Positions 39,587-49,577 of a stretch of 64,000 bases of DNA are shown here, in pieces. The stretch comes from a virus. Taxonomy: Duplodnaviria > Caudoviricetes. Every line of letters starts with the position of its first letter. Within the stretch, counting starts at the first letter, position 1. Below the pieces are notes generated by a model that saw only the letters and a list, made by a program, of their open reading frames with translations, had not been told where the DNA came from and did no database searches. The translations under genes and the position numbers were made by a program. Location: positions 1-64,000 of IMG/VR virus record IMGVR_UViG_3300031555_003309; one strand, given 5' to 3'.

Positions 39587-40414
39587 ATGATTAATTTAAC
39601 TGTATTTCAAACTGGAGATGTATCAGGTGATAAAGGTAAGATTGTTGGATATGTAGGACAAGCGTATTCAGAAATTATTCACATTACTCATCCTATTTTT
39701 TCTGGTAGTGATGATGCAAATGGAGTAGAATATTTTTTAGAATATAAATACAATTCAACTATTTATAGAGATAAATTAGATTCTTATGATAGAGTAAGAT
39801 TAAAAATAGAAAATAACGGATATATGAAATGTTCATTTATTGCAATAGATATTGTAACTGGAAATATTTTATTCAAATCTGAGCCTTGGAATTTTATTGT
39901 AAAAAATAATACAAAATTAGAACCTTCTCATTATCCTTGTGATTCATTTATAAAAGGTCCTATGCCTCATCCACATATGATACATAATCATTCTAATTAT
40001 CCAATATTTAATTATAATTCTAATAATGATTTTAACGCATATGAGGCGTATCATAAACTAATGACAGCTTTACAAAATGAAGAAGATATTAGATATAATG
40101 AAATAGCTGAATTAAAAGAAGATATAGTTCTTATTAAAGCAGCTTTAAATATTTCTAAACCTAAGCCGTCTATTATTGATGCAAATGAAATAATATTGGA
40201 AGGTAAATATTTTGCAAATAATAAATCTATTAATTTTCCAGAAGCTAATAATGCTTATATTTTAGATGTTACTAAATATTCTACTTCCGTTGTTATACAA
40301 ACTGCATATGAGGTTGATGGTGATAATAGTTGGTTTAGAACTGGAGCTATATCTAATGGAATTGTAACTTGGACTTCTTGGGCACAAAATATCACTAGAG
40401 TTGCAGAAATATAA
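39587..40414 (+). CDS. Baseplate/fibre protein with C-terminal knob-like domain
   Basis: N-domain paralogous to 40433 (GYVGQAYSEIIHITHPIF); C-terminal IDANEI..EGKY..NFP..VIQTAY..WFRT..WTSW typical of tail-fibre knob domains. Confidence 0.55.
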   Translation: MINLTVFQTGDVSGDKGKIVGYVGQAYSEIIHITHPIFSGSDDANGVEYFLEYKYNSTIYRDKLDSYDRVRLKIENNGYMKCSFIAIDIVTGNILFKSEPWNFIVKNNTKLEPSHYPCDSFIKGPMPHPHMIHNHSNYPIFNYNSNNDFNAYEAYHKLMTALQNEEDIRYNEIAELKEDIVLIKAALNISKPKPSIIDANEIILEGKYFANNKSINFPEANNAYILDVTKYSTSVVIQTAYEVDGDNSWFRTGAISNGIVTWTSWAQNITRVAEI

Positions 40415-40432
40415 TCAAATGGAGGTGTTAAC

Positions 40433-41281
40433 ATGGATATTACTATATTGCAAAATGGGTTTGTTACAGGTGATTTTTTAGAGCCAGTTGCATATGCAGG
40501 CGAAATGAATTCAAGAATCATAAACATAACTCATCCTTTATTTGATAATTCATTTTATCAACTTATAATAATAAAAGAAAACAGACCTTATAGAATAGGA
40601 ATAAATAATGGAACATTTATATTACCTCCTTCATTGACAGATGTTGCTTGTACATTACAATGTCAATTTGTTGCTGCTAGAAAAAATGATAATGCGCAAT
40701 TAACTAATTGTGGTTGTACCCCTATATCATCAAATGATTGTTCTAATTTAGTTTTTAAATCTGATTCATTTAATATGATTGTTAAAGAAGGTTTAAAATT
40801 AAATGGATTAACACCTATACCTCCATATGAACAATTAGTTGATATGTATAATAACTTGGAAAAAGCAAAAATGCTTGTAGAAAAAAGTAAATTAGAAAAT
40901 CAACATATTGCAGAAAAAATAAATGATAAAATAGAAGATTTACAATCTTCACAGTATCTTAATTCTTTAGATAATGAAAGACAAGTGAGAAATAATCAAT
41001 ATGTTAATATTCAACAACAATTGACTAATTTAAATACAGTGTTAAATAATATCACTGAATTAATTGAAAGTAAATCTATATATACTATTAAATATTATGT
41101 GAATGATAAATTAGTTAAAACTGATTATAAAAGACATAATGAAATAATTAGTATATCTGATTTACAATTTGTTGTTGAAGATAAAGAATTTGAATATTGG
41201 GTTGATAATGGAACAATTTATTATGTAAATGATGATTATACTGAAAATAAAGATTTAATATTACGTGCTTCATGGAAGTAA
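40433..41281 (+). CDS. Baseplate-upper-like protein with coiled coil and InlB B-repeat-like C-terminus
   Basis: AYAGEMNSRIINITHPLF N-domain; YTIKYY...FEYW...DLILRASWK. Confidence 0.5.
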   Translation: MDITILQNGFVTGDFLEPVAYAGEMNSRIINITHPLFDNSFYQLIIIKENRPYRIGINNGTFILPPSLTDVACTLQCQFVAARKNDNAQLTNCGCTPISSNDCSNLVFKSDSFNMIVKEGLKLNGLTPIPPYEQLVDMYNNLEKAKMLVEKSKLENQHIAEKINDKIEDLQSSQYLNSLDNERQVRNNQYVNIQQQLTNLNTVLNNITELIESKSIYTIKYYVNDKLVKTDYKRHNEIISISDLQFVVEDKEFEYWVDNGTIYYVNDDYTENKDLILRASWK

Positions 41282-41294
41282 GGAGGAAAATAAA

Positions 41295-43322
41295 ATGAAT
41301 GGAAAAGAACATTTTGAATCATTATTAAATGATTTTAATGCGACAGATATTAAATATACTAATGAATCTAAAATAGAAGATGGAATTCAATATGTTGCAA
41401 ATATTAAAAATATTGATAATGAATATGATGAAACATTTAGTAATTTAATAAACACTGGATTTGAATTAAATGAATTTAATGAATATATTAAATATGAAGA
41501 TTTTGGATATATTACACTATCAAATGAAAATAAAATGATCACAATTGAAGTGGTTGATTACCAAGGTGATTTATTAGAAAATGATAATTTAAAATCTGAA
41601 TGTGAAACTGTTTTTCAAGAAATTCTTAAAAATTTTATAGCAACAGATATTAAGTATTGTAATGAAGAAAAAATGTCAGATAATTCAATAGAATATGTTG
41701 CTAGTATTATCAATGTTGAAAATTATGAAGATTTTATAAATGATATAAAAAATAATGAAGAATACAAATATGATGAAGAAAGTAATAGCTATATAACATA
41801 TACTCCATTCGGATTTATTTCATTTGAATTTACAGATAGAATTGTTATATATATTAGAAACGAAAATGACATGGAAGAATACAATGAATCAAATAGTAAT
41901 AAGTCTAAAAAATTAAATGAATCCGGAATTTATCCTGTACGTTTATATGGTGGTGCATCTGATGCATTTTTAAAAATAATAAATGAAATTCTTAATGGAA
42001 ACGTCGTTGAAGTAAATACATTAGAATTAATTCCTTCATTAGGTTATAGCGGAGGAAGATATTGGTATAAAGCTAACATCACATTAGATGAAGATACAAT
42101 TGTTAATTTTATTTCAAATAAAGACACTCCCGAAGCTAAGCGTTTACTAGATAATGAAACTCTCATCATTAATCCATATAGTGATATATCTATTGATTGT
42201 TCGGCAAACGTTATACAATATGTGAACGGAGTAAGTTTAGAAGCATTAAGTGATTCAGATGCAGATATGAAAGCATTAAATAATGATGCCGAATTTATCG
42301 GTGACAAAATTATACAACTTTTAATTTCTAATGAAGAAAGAATATTAAATGTTTTAAAAGCATATGAATGGGATGAAGATGTTTTTGATGATCAATATGA
42401 ATCTGTTATTCCTATTCAAGAAGAATGGGATGATGTTGAATTAGCATCTATTTATGGTGGTGATACTGCTCAATCTCAAAAAGACATTGCAAAAGATGAA
42501 TTATTATCAACTAAAAACTTTTTAGATATTTATCTGAATTCTTCAATTAATGCAGATGGTTTTATAGTAGAAATTAGAGATACTGAAAATAAAGTCATAT
42601 ATAAAGAAAAATATAGTTATGGATATAATGCTTCATATGATAAAGATTTTGCTAATAATGAAAAACCTTTTGTAACAGACATTATCAAGAATATATGTAA
42701 GCAATATGATATTCCTAAAGAAAATATTGCAGTATCAACCGGCAAAAATAAATTTAATGGTGAAAATGTAAATGATTCTAAAGTGAATGAATTTAAAACT
42801 AATTATTTAAAAGACTTAATGTTAGAAGCATTTGACGATTGGAAAGAACCAAAACTTGGTAAAAAAATTAAACAACTTAAAGGTTGGAAAATTTATCAAG
42901 GAACCGATAGTTCAGGTGACGAAGTATTTAGATGTTTTACACCTGATGATTATAGACCTGAAGTTGGTTATGAAGATTGGGAATGTGAAACATTAGAACA
43001 AGCTATATCTTGGGTTCAAAATTATGACTTAGAAGAATCGATTAAAGAAAATAATGAAATGATTGCTATAGAATATGTCACTGATGAGAATGATAAAGAA
43101 GAATTAGAAGATATTAATATGAAAAAAACATCTAACAAATCATTAAAAGAATCCAAATACATGAATAATATATATGATTGTTTAGATAATATTGGTGAAG
43201 CTGCAAGTGAATATAGTGAAGAATATGACGATGAAAAATTAACATATTTACATCAAATTATAGATTTAATTGAAGACAATTTAAAATCTATAAAAGATTT
43301 TATGAAATTTCCATTAGAATAA
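41295..43322 (+). CDS. Large acidic multi-module protein (candidate processed head cargo)
   Basis: ATG 41295 after aggagg; tandem ~95-aa repeat at the N-terminus; many x-x-E-S/A/N motifs between modules. Confidence 0.55.
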   Translation: MNGKEHFESLLNDFNATDIKYTNESKIEDGIQYVANIKNIDNEYDETFSNLINTGFELNEFNEYIKYEDFGYITLSNENKMITIEVVDYQGDLLENDNLKSECETVFQEILKNFIATDIKYCNEEKMSDNSIEYVASIINVENYEDFINDIKNNEEYKYDEESNSYITYTPFGFISFEFTDRIVIYIRNENDMEEYNESNSNKSKKLNESGIYPVRLYGGASDAFLKIINEILNGNVVEVNTLELIPSLGYSGGRYWYKANITLDEDTIVNFISNKDTPEAKRLLDNETLIINPYSDISIDCSANVIQYVNGVSLEALSDSDADMKALNNDAEFIGDKIIQLLISNEERILNVLKAYEWDEDVFDDQYESVIPIQEEWDDVELASIYGGDTAQSQKDIAKDELLSTKNFLDIYLNSSINADGFIVEIRDTENKVIYKEKYSYGYNASYDKDFANNEKPFVTDIIKNICKQYDIPKENIAVSTGKNKFNGENVNDSKVNEFKTNYLKDLMLEAFDDWKEPKLGKKIKQLKGWKIYQGTDSSGDEVFRCFTPDDYRPEVGYEDWECETLEQAISWVQNYDLEESIKENNEMIAIEYVTDENDKEELEDINMKKTSNKSLKESKYMNNIYDCLDNIGEAASEYSEEYDDEKLTYLHQIIDLIEDNLKSIKDFMKFPLE

Positions 43323-43335
43323 TTAAAGTATTATT

Positions 43336-43373
43336 AAATAAAAGTGATTTTAAAAAATCACTTTTATTTTTTT
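43336..43373 (+). terminator. Intrinsic terminator
   Basis: aaataaaagtgatttt / aaaatcacttttattt plus T-run. Confidence 0.75.
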
Positions 43374-43473
43374 ATATATTTTTATGAAAAAATAAATAAT
43401 ACTTGATACTGATTTTTATTATATATAATAAAGATTAGGTAGTTTAATGTTAAAAGAAGGTGAAATATGTATA

Positions 43474-45444
43474 ATGGATGAAATTGATGAATTATTAAAT
43501 AATTTATCAGATTTAGAAAAACATCAAGTCATGAATATTTTGCATGACATAACCGCTGGAACTTCAGATACATATAGCACACTAGTAAATGATATATGGG
43601 ATGAAATTCCAGTTGACTTAGATACATTCATAGATGATGAAAGATATATGAGAAATTATTTTTATCCAGATAATAAATCGTGTATAGTTTATCCTCGTTG
43701 GAGACAAGAATTAAAAAATATATTTATGGATCCATATCAATACAGTGAAATATGTTTTACTGGAGGTATAGGTCTTGGTAAATCTGAAGCAGGCAAATTA
43801 GGTTTATGTTATTTATCATATAGATTAATGTGTTTGAAAAATCCACAATTATTTTATAACAAACCTGTAGGTAAACCTATTGTTATATTATTCTTTAATA
43901 ACACTAAAGATTTAGCGGAAAAAGTATTATTACAACCTTTTATAGACATGATAATTACTTCTCCTTGGTTTTTAGAAAGAGGTAGATTGGTTGGTAGAGA
44001 ACACGTAAGATACATACCTGATAAGAATATAAGATTTGAAGCTGGTTCACGAGATAGTCATGCTATTGGTCAGGATATTTTTGCAGCTATACTTGATGAA
44101 ATTAACTTTGCTGCTGGACAAGATGTATCTATGGAAAAATCTAAAATTATGAAAACCTATGCAGCTATTAATACTCGTATTACAAACCGTTTCCGTGTAG
44201 AAGGATATGTACACGGTAAGTTGTTTATGATTTCATCTAAAAAATCAGAATATGACTTTTTGGAGCAATACGCTCAAAAGATGAAAGACCAATTAAATTT
44301 TTATATAGTAGATGATAAAGTATGGAATATAGTTCCTCCAGAAAAAACAGGTTATTCTGGAAATATGTTTAATTTAGCTATAGGTGGAGATATATTGCCA
44401 TCTAAAATCATCCCTGATAATGAAAGTATAGATGATTATATAAAACAAGGATATTCTATATTAGAAGTACCAGTAGAAGAGAAACAGAAATTCGTTTTAG
44501 ATATGGATAGATCTTTAATGGATATTGCAGCTGTTTCTCTTTCTTATGTTACGAAATATTTGAATTATGATATTATTTCACAATGTTATTGTGAAGATGA
44601 AAATCCATTCACTCAAAGTGTAATTTCAACAGGTATTCATGATGAATTAGCTATTTCCGATTTTTTTATATTAAAAGAAATTCCAAGAGAAATAAGAAAA
44701 AAACCAACATTTATTCACATAGATACATCATTAACGGGAGATAGAACAGGTATTGGAGCTGTGTGCATGTTAGGTAGAGAAAAAATAGAAACATTTGATA
44801 TGGTTGCTAATAAAACTATAAAAACATATCAAACTATATACAAACATATTTTTAACATAGAAATACAATGTCCTAAAAATTCAGAAATAAGCTTTCACAA
44901 AACTAGACAATTTATTTCTTATTTACGACAAAATAGCTTTAATATTTGTGGGATTACAACGGATGGTTATCAAAGTGCAGATACCAGACAAATGTTGATG
45001 TTAGAAGGTTTTGAAAATGTAGAAAGATTACATTTCGAAAAAACTCCAGACATTTATTTATCTTTTAGAAATGGTTTGATAGAAAAAAGAATAAAACTAT
45101 TAAATATTCCAATTTTAGAAAGAGAATTATTACAAGTTGAAAGAAATAATCAAACCGGAAAATTTAGTCATCCTGAAAACACAGGAGATGGTCACGGCGA
45201 TGGCGCAGATGCATGCGCAGGAGCGTATTATAATGCAATATCACATGAAAGTGAATATAATGATGTATTAACAACAATACATACATTATCTCCTAATGAT
45301 GGAGATATAAGTAAAAGAGAAATTTTAAAAATTGCAGCAGGATTAGACAATTTAACACATGAAATAAATACAACTACAACTAACAATATTACATCAAATG
45401 AAAATAATGAAATAAAAAGTAGTATAAGTAATTGGATCTTATAA
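43474..45444 (+). CDS. terL: Terminase large subunit
   Basis: Walker A TGGIGLGKS, Walker B AILDE, motif III ISS, RNase-H-like nuclease IHIDTSLTGDRTG, TTDGYQS, HP...GDGADA; ATG 43474 after gaaggtga. Confidence 0.9.
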   Translation: MDEIDELLNNLSDLEKHQVMNILHDITAGTSDTYSTLVNDIWDEIPVDLDTFIDDERYMRNYFYPDNKSCIVYPRWRQELKNIFMDPYQYSEICFTGGIGLGKSEAGKLGLCYLSYRLMCLKNPQLFYNKPVGKPIVILFFNNTKDLAEKVLLQPFIDMIITSPWFLERGRLVGREHVRYIPDKNIRFEAGSRDSHAIGQDIFAAILDEINFAAGQDVSMEKSKIMKTYAAINTRITNRFRVEGYVHGKLFMISSKKSEYDFLEQYAQKMKDQLNFYIVDDKVWNIVPPEKTGYSGNMFNLAIGGDILPSKIIPDNESIDDYIKQGYSILEVPVEEKQKFVLDMDRSLMDIAAVSLSYVTKYLNYDIISQCYCEDENPFTQSVISTGIHDELAISDFFILKEIPREIRKKPTFIHIDTSLTGDRTGIGAVCMLGREKIETFDMVANKTIKTYQTIYKHIFNIEIQCPKNSEISFHKTRQFISYLRQNSFNICGITTDGYQSADTRQMLMLEGFENVERLHFEKTPDIYLSFRNGLIEKRIKLLNIPILERELLQVERNNQTGKFSHPENTGDGHGDGADACAGAYYNAISHESEYNDVLTTIHTLSPNDGDISKREILKIAAGLDNLTHEINTTTTNNITSNENNEIKSSISNWIL

Positions 45445-45458
45445 AGAGGTGATGTAAT

Positions 45459-46157
45459 ATGTATAAAAAATATCCAAAAGGTTTGAAACTTACTCCCGAA
45501 AAAGAATATTTAGTACATGAAAATTTAGGTATTGCTCATAAATTAGCTCATAATTGGTTTAATGGTGTTGTGGATTTTGAAGATTTAAAACAACAAGCTT
45601 ATTTAACTTTAGTAGATTGTGCTACTAAATATGATCCAGATAGTGGAAATAAATTCAGTACATATGCATATAATTGTATATCAATAGTTTTAAATAATTA
45701 TGTACAAAATTATAATAAAATAGTTAAAATACCATTAAATAAAATTTATAAAATACATGAATATTTAAATTTATCAGATGATAAAAAAGAAGAATTTAGA
45801 ATTAAAAATAAACTTACTCAAGATGATATTAAATTTTATGTTAGTTATGAAATAGTATCAATGGATGCTCAAGTGGTAGATGATTATGATGATGTTAGTA
45901 ATTTTTATGCAATAGATGAAGAAGGTTATGAAAGATCAGATAATCAAATGATAATAGATAATATATTAAATAAATTAAATGATTTAATTCCAGATCAATT
46001 ATATAAAAATGTATTTTATGACGTTATAAAATGCGGATTTGATCAGACATATTATAAAGATATAATGAAAAAACATCATATTAAACTTAAAGACATAACT
46101 AATATTATAGAAGTTTGTCAAGAAATAATGAAATTGCATAAATCAGAATTTATGTAA
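45459..46157 (+). CDS. Sigma-70 family sigma factor 1 (SigF/G/B-like region 2, degenerate region 4)
   Basis: LVHENLGIAHKLA, DFEDLKQQAYLTLVDCATKYDPDSGNKFSTYA, IVKIP, VSMDA. Confidence 0.85.
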   Translation: MYKKYPKGLKLTPEKEYLVHENLGIAHKLAHNWFNGVVDFEDLKQQAYLTLVDCATKYDPDSGNKFSTYAYNCISIVLNNYVQNYNKIVKIPLNKIYKIHEYLNLSDDKKEEFRIKNKLTQDDIKFYVSYEIVSMDAQVVDDYDDVSNFYAIDEEGYERSDNQMIIDNILNKLNDLIPDQLYKNVFYDVIKCGFDQTYYKDIMKKHHIKLKDITNIIEVCQEIMKLHKSEFM

Positions 46158-46212
46158 AAAATTTAAATAAAAAACTAAATTAATTTTTATTATATATTAA
46201 TAGAAAGAATTT

Positions 46213-46254
46213 TATATGCACTTATTTTTTATTATATAATTGTAAGTGCATATA
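46213..46254. promoter_or_regulatory. 12-bp inverted repeat flanking a TATAAT box (operator-like or RNA hairpin)
   Basis: tatatgcactta (46213-46224) / taagtgcatata (46243-46254); TATAAT at 46235-46240. Confidence 0.5.
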
Positions 46255-46327
46255 CTATTTTTCATTATTGAAATTTATAAATCAAATTAAATTTCATATT
46301 AAATTATAATAAAGGAAAGAAATAACT

Positions 46328-47614
46328 ATGACAAAAGAAAAAGCCGATGAAATAATCATAAAAAATCAATCTTTGGTTTATTATGTTATGAAAAAATATT
46401 TTAAATTTGCATATCATGATTTAGAACTAAAAGAAGAATTAAGTTCTGTAGGAACAGAAGGTTTAATAAAAGCAGCGTATAATTTTGATGAAACAACCGG
46501 ATATAAGTTTAGTACTTATGCAGTATCTAGCATTTGGGGCAACATTCAAAAATACTTAAGAGATAACAATTCTATAAGATATACAAGAAGACTTATAGAT
46601 TTAGGTAATCAAATTAAAAAAGAATTGAACACCGGTGACTTAACACTTGAGGATTTAAATGTTAAATTTAATTCATTAGATTTAACCTCTGATGATAAAT
46701 TAGGACTTACAAACTATATATTCGGAACAGATTCTATAGATAGAAATGTTTCAGTAAAAGAAGGAGAGGTAGATTTAATAGATGTACTTCCACATTATGA
46801 ACAACACGTGATAGATGATTTAATAGTTTCAGATTATATAAATAATGTATCTCGTGATGATAGAGATAAAAAACTTATAGACTATTTAATTCAAGGTTAT
46901 ACTCAGGAACAAATTGCTTCCAAATTTAATGTATCACAATGTCACATAAGTAGATTACAAACTCAAATTAAGTGTAATATAATTACATATTTAATAGTTA
47001 CACATGATTATATCACTGCTTGTAATTTATTAAAAATTATTCCAATTAATGAAATAACATTAATTAAAAAATATAAAATACCTATTCACTTAATTCCTTT
47101 GTCTATTTTAAATAAACATTATAAACCTATAAATTTTAATGATTTTTTAGATGAAGACTTAAATTTGGCAGAAATTAAAGCTTATGAAACTTTAAAAAAT
47201 ATTAAAGCTAATAATAAAAAAATAAACACAAATATTATTGAAATAAATAAACCGTCAGTAGAAATAATATACTCTAAAAAACAATTTCATAATTTATTGA
47301 TAAGAATTATAATTAATTTAATGCTACATGAAGAAATAAATAATCCATCTAAAGATGATATTTTAGAATATTTAAATAAAAATTATCGCGATATAAAAAT
47401 TAATGAACAGTTAAATAAAATTACAAAACAACAATTAATAAGTTTTAATAATAGATGTATAAATATTATTAAAACTAAAGAATTAACAAAAGATTGTAAA
47501 ATTTTATTAACCACCGAAGATGTGGCATTGATAGAAAGAAATATAACAATTAAATATATTTCAAATCAAATATTAGACATATTAAAGCAATTAAAATCTA
47601 TGAATTTATCATAA
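46328..47614 (+). CDS. Sigma-70 family sigma factor 2 (SigF/G-like) with ~200-aa C-terminal extension
   Basis: NQSLVYYVMKKY, GLIKAAYNFDETTGYKFSTYAVSSIWGNIQKYLRDN, region 4 GYTQEQIASKFNVSQCHISRL. Confidence 0.85.
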   Translation: MTKEKADEIIIKNQSLVYYVMKKYFKFAYHDLELKEELSSVGTEGLIKAAYNFDETTGYKFSTYAVSSIWGNIQKYLRDNNSIRYTRRLIDLGNQIKKELNTGDLTLEDLNVKFNSLDLTSDDKLGLTNYIFGTDSIDRNVSVKEGEVDLIDVLPHYEQHVIDDLIVSDYINNVSRDDRDKKLIDYLIQGYTQEQIASKFNVSQCHISRLQTQIKCNIITYLIVTHDYITACNLLKIIPINEITLIKKYKIPIHLIPLSILNKHYKPINFNDFLDEDLNLAEIKAYETLKNIKANNKKINTNIIEINKPSVEIIYSKKQFHNLLIRIIINLMLHEEINNPSKDDILEYLNKNYRDIKINEQLNKITKQQLISFNNRCINIIKTKELTKDCKILLTTEDVALIERNITIKYISNQILDILKQLKSMNLS

Positions 47615-47636
47615 GGAAAGAGGTACATAATAAATT

Positions 47637-49013
47637 ATGAGTCAAAGAGGAATAATGGTTAAAGGCATTTCATCAGAATTACAAGATATAGTTTTATCCA
47701 TGTTGATTTTTGATAATGAAATGTATGATGCAACAAAAGCTGTAATGTCAGAAAATTTCTTTTATGGAGATGATTATAAAACTTTATATAATGCATTAGT
47801 GGAATTTCATAAAATAAATAATGCAAATCCAACATTAAAAGATATGATGATACAAGTCTCATTATTGATAACAAATGCAAATGATTTATCAAGAATAAAA
47901 TCTTTATTAAAACAATTAAACAGTGATTATATAGAAGAATATATTGATAAAGAAGATACTGTTAAAAGAACTTATTTCGAAGAGTTTATAAAAAGAAATG
48001 GTGTAGAACATACATTTTCAAATGTTATAAATTTGGTTAAATCAGAAAAAACGGTTGAATGGTTAAATGAAGCTAATAAATTAGGAAAATATATTAATTT
48101 TACAATTGTTCAAACTCAACCATTTAATATGGGAAATGTTGATACTTTTTCTAAAGTAAGAGAAGCAGCTGTTGGAGATGAAAAAACAACTAGAAAAATA
48201 AGATTTTTTTTAGATGAAATAAATAAAACTTTAAATCACGGAGCATTAACTCCAGGCACATTAACCATGGTGTCTGCATCTCCTGGAGTTGGAAAAACAT
48301 TAACATTAGTTAATCAAGGTGTGAGTGCTACAAAAGATGGTTTTACTAATTTACATATATTTTTGGGAGATTTAAATCATTATGATGCAAGTTTGAGATA
48401 TTTAGCAAATTATAGTGAAAAACCATTAAGAGAAATAATAGATATGTCTTTAGAGCAACAATTAGAATTAATTAATGTGTTAAAGAATCAACCGGATTCA
48501 CCTGTTAATAAAAATTGGATATTACCTTTAACTTCAGGATTAATAACTGTAGAACAATTAACAAATGAAATACAAAAAATACAATTAACTCATAATGTGC
48601 ATTTTGACCAAATAATAATAGATTATGATGCAAATATAAAACCATCTACAGACAGCATGTATGATAATGCTGGAGCCATTTATAATCATATTCGATCTTT
48701 CGGTGTAAAAAATAAATCAGTTATGTTAATTGCTTCACAACCTAAAATAGCATTTTTTAATCAAGAAGTACTCACATTGGATGCTGCATCAGAAAGTTCA
48801 ATGAAACAACACATTATAGATTTAATGATAACAATGGGTAAACCTGGATCAACTGGGGCTCCGGTTGCCACAATGTTTATTCCTAAAAATAGAAATGGAA
48901 TAGCTAACAGAAAAATACATTTATATATAGATGGTGGAAAACAAAAGGTATATCCTATTTCAGAAGATGAATATGAAAGACAAAAAAGAGAAGCAGTTCT
49001 TAGAGAACAATAA
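47637..49013 (+). CDS. Replicative DnaB/gp41-like helicase
   Basis: Walker A SASPGVGKT, Walker B IIIDYD, IASQ, KQHIID, KNRNG. Confidence 0.85.
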   Translation: MSQRGIMVKGISSELQDIVLSMLIFDNEMYDATKAVMSENFFYGDDYKTLYNALVEFHKINNANPTLKDMMIQVSLLITNANDLSRIKSLLKQLNSDYIEEYIDKEDTVKRTYFEEFIKRNGVEHTFSNVINLVKSEKTVEWLNEANKLGKYINFTIVQTQPFNMGNVDTFSKVREAAVGDEKTTRKIRFFLDEINKTLNHGALTPGTLTMVSASPGVGKTLTLVNQGVSATKDGFTNLHIFLGDLNHYDASLRYLANYSEKPLREIIDMSLEQQLELINVLKNQPDSPVNKNWILPLTSGLITVEQLTNEIQKIQLTHNVHFDQIIIDYDANIKPSTDSMYDNAGAIYNHIRSFGVKNKSVMLIASQPKIAFFNQEVLTLDAASESSMKQHIIDLMITMGKPGSTGAPVATMFIPKNRNGIANRKIHLYIDGGKQKVYPISEDEYERQKREAVLREQ

Positions 49014-49027
49014 TATCAAAATGATAT

Positions 49028-49069
49028 AAATAAAAATGTCTTAGAAATATTTCTAAGACATTTTTATTT
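49028..49069. terminator. 42-bp perfect palindrome, probable terminator
   Basis: aaataaaaatgtcttagaaat|atttctaagacatttttattt; followed by the motif taaaataaaaatata (49074-49088). Confidence 0.75.
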
Positions 49070-49118
49070 TAATTAAAATAAAAATATATATTAAATTATA
49101 AAAGGAGAGATATAAATA

Positions 49119-49550
49119 ATGCCTATTGAAAATTGTGCTTGTGGCGGAAATGCAATTGATAGATTTTATTCTCTTTTTACTTGTGATCACGCAAATTGTT
49201 CAGAATGTAGTTGGACAAATAACAAATGTTGCAATGGGTATCCTACCAATACTGATTCAGAAATAGGTAATTGTATAAATTCATGTGTAAATTTTTATAA
49301 CATACCTATGCACGAAGTATTACCATCAAAGATAAAATCTTTTGGATTTTGTAAAACAAGTGAAGATACAGAAACAAATACTATTATAGGAGCATTGGCT
49401 ATACAATTCACAGATGGAACAAAAAAATTATATATGAATGTAAATAAAGAAATTTTTGATTCATTACTTAACGCAAATAAAGATTTTATGTTTATAAATT
49501 TATCACAAAACGTTTGTAATGAAGATAACCAATGCATAGTTATTCCATAA
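49119..49550 (+). CDS. KTSC-domain protein with Cys-rich N-terminus
   Basis: PSKIKSFGF...LAIQFTDG..LYMNVNKEIFDSLLNA; 9 Cys in the first ~56 aa. Confidence 0.6.
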   Translation: MPIENCACGGNAIDRFYSLFTCDHANCSECSWTNNKCCNGYPTNTDSEIGNCINSCVNFYNIPMHEVLPSKIKSFGFCKTSEDTETNTIIGALAIQFTDGTKKLYMNVNKEIFDSLLNANKDFMFINLSQNVCNEDNQCIVIP

Positions 49551-49577
49551 AAATATAAAGGAGATAATATTACAATT

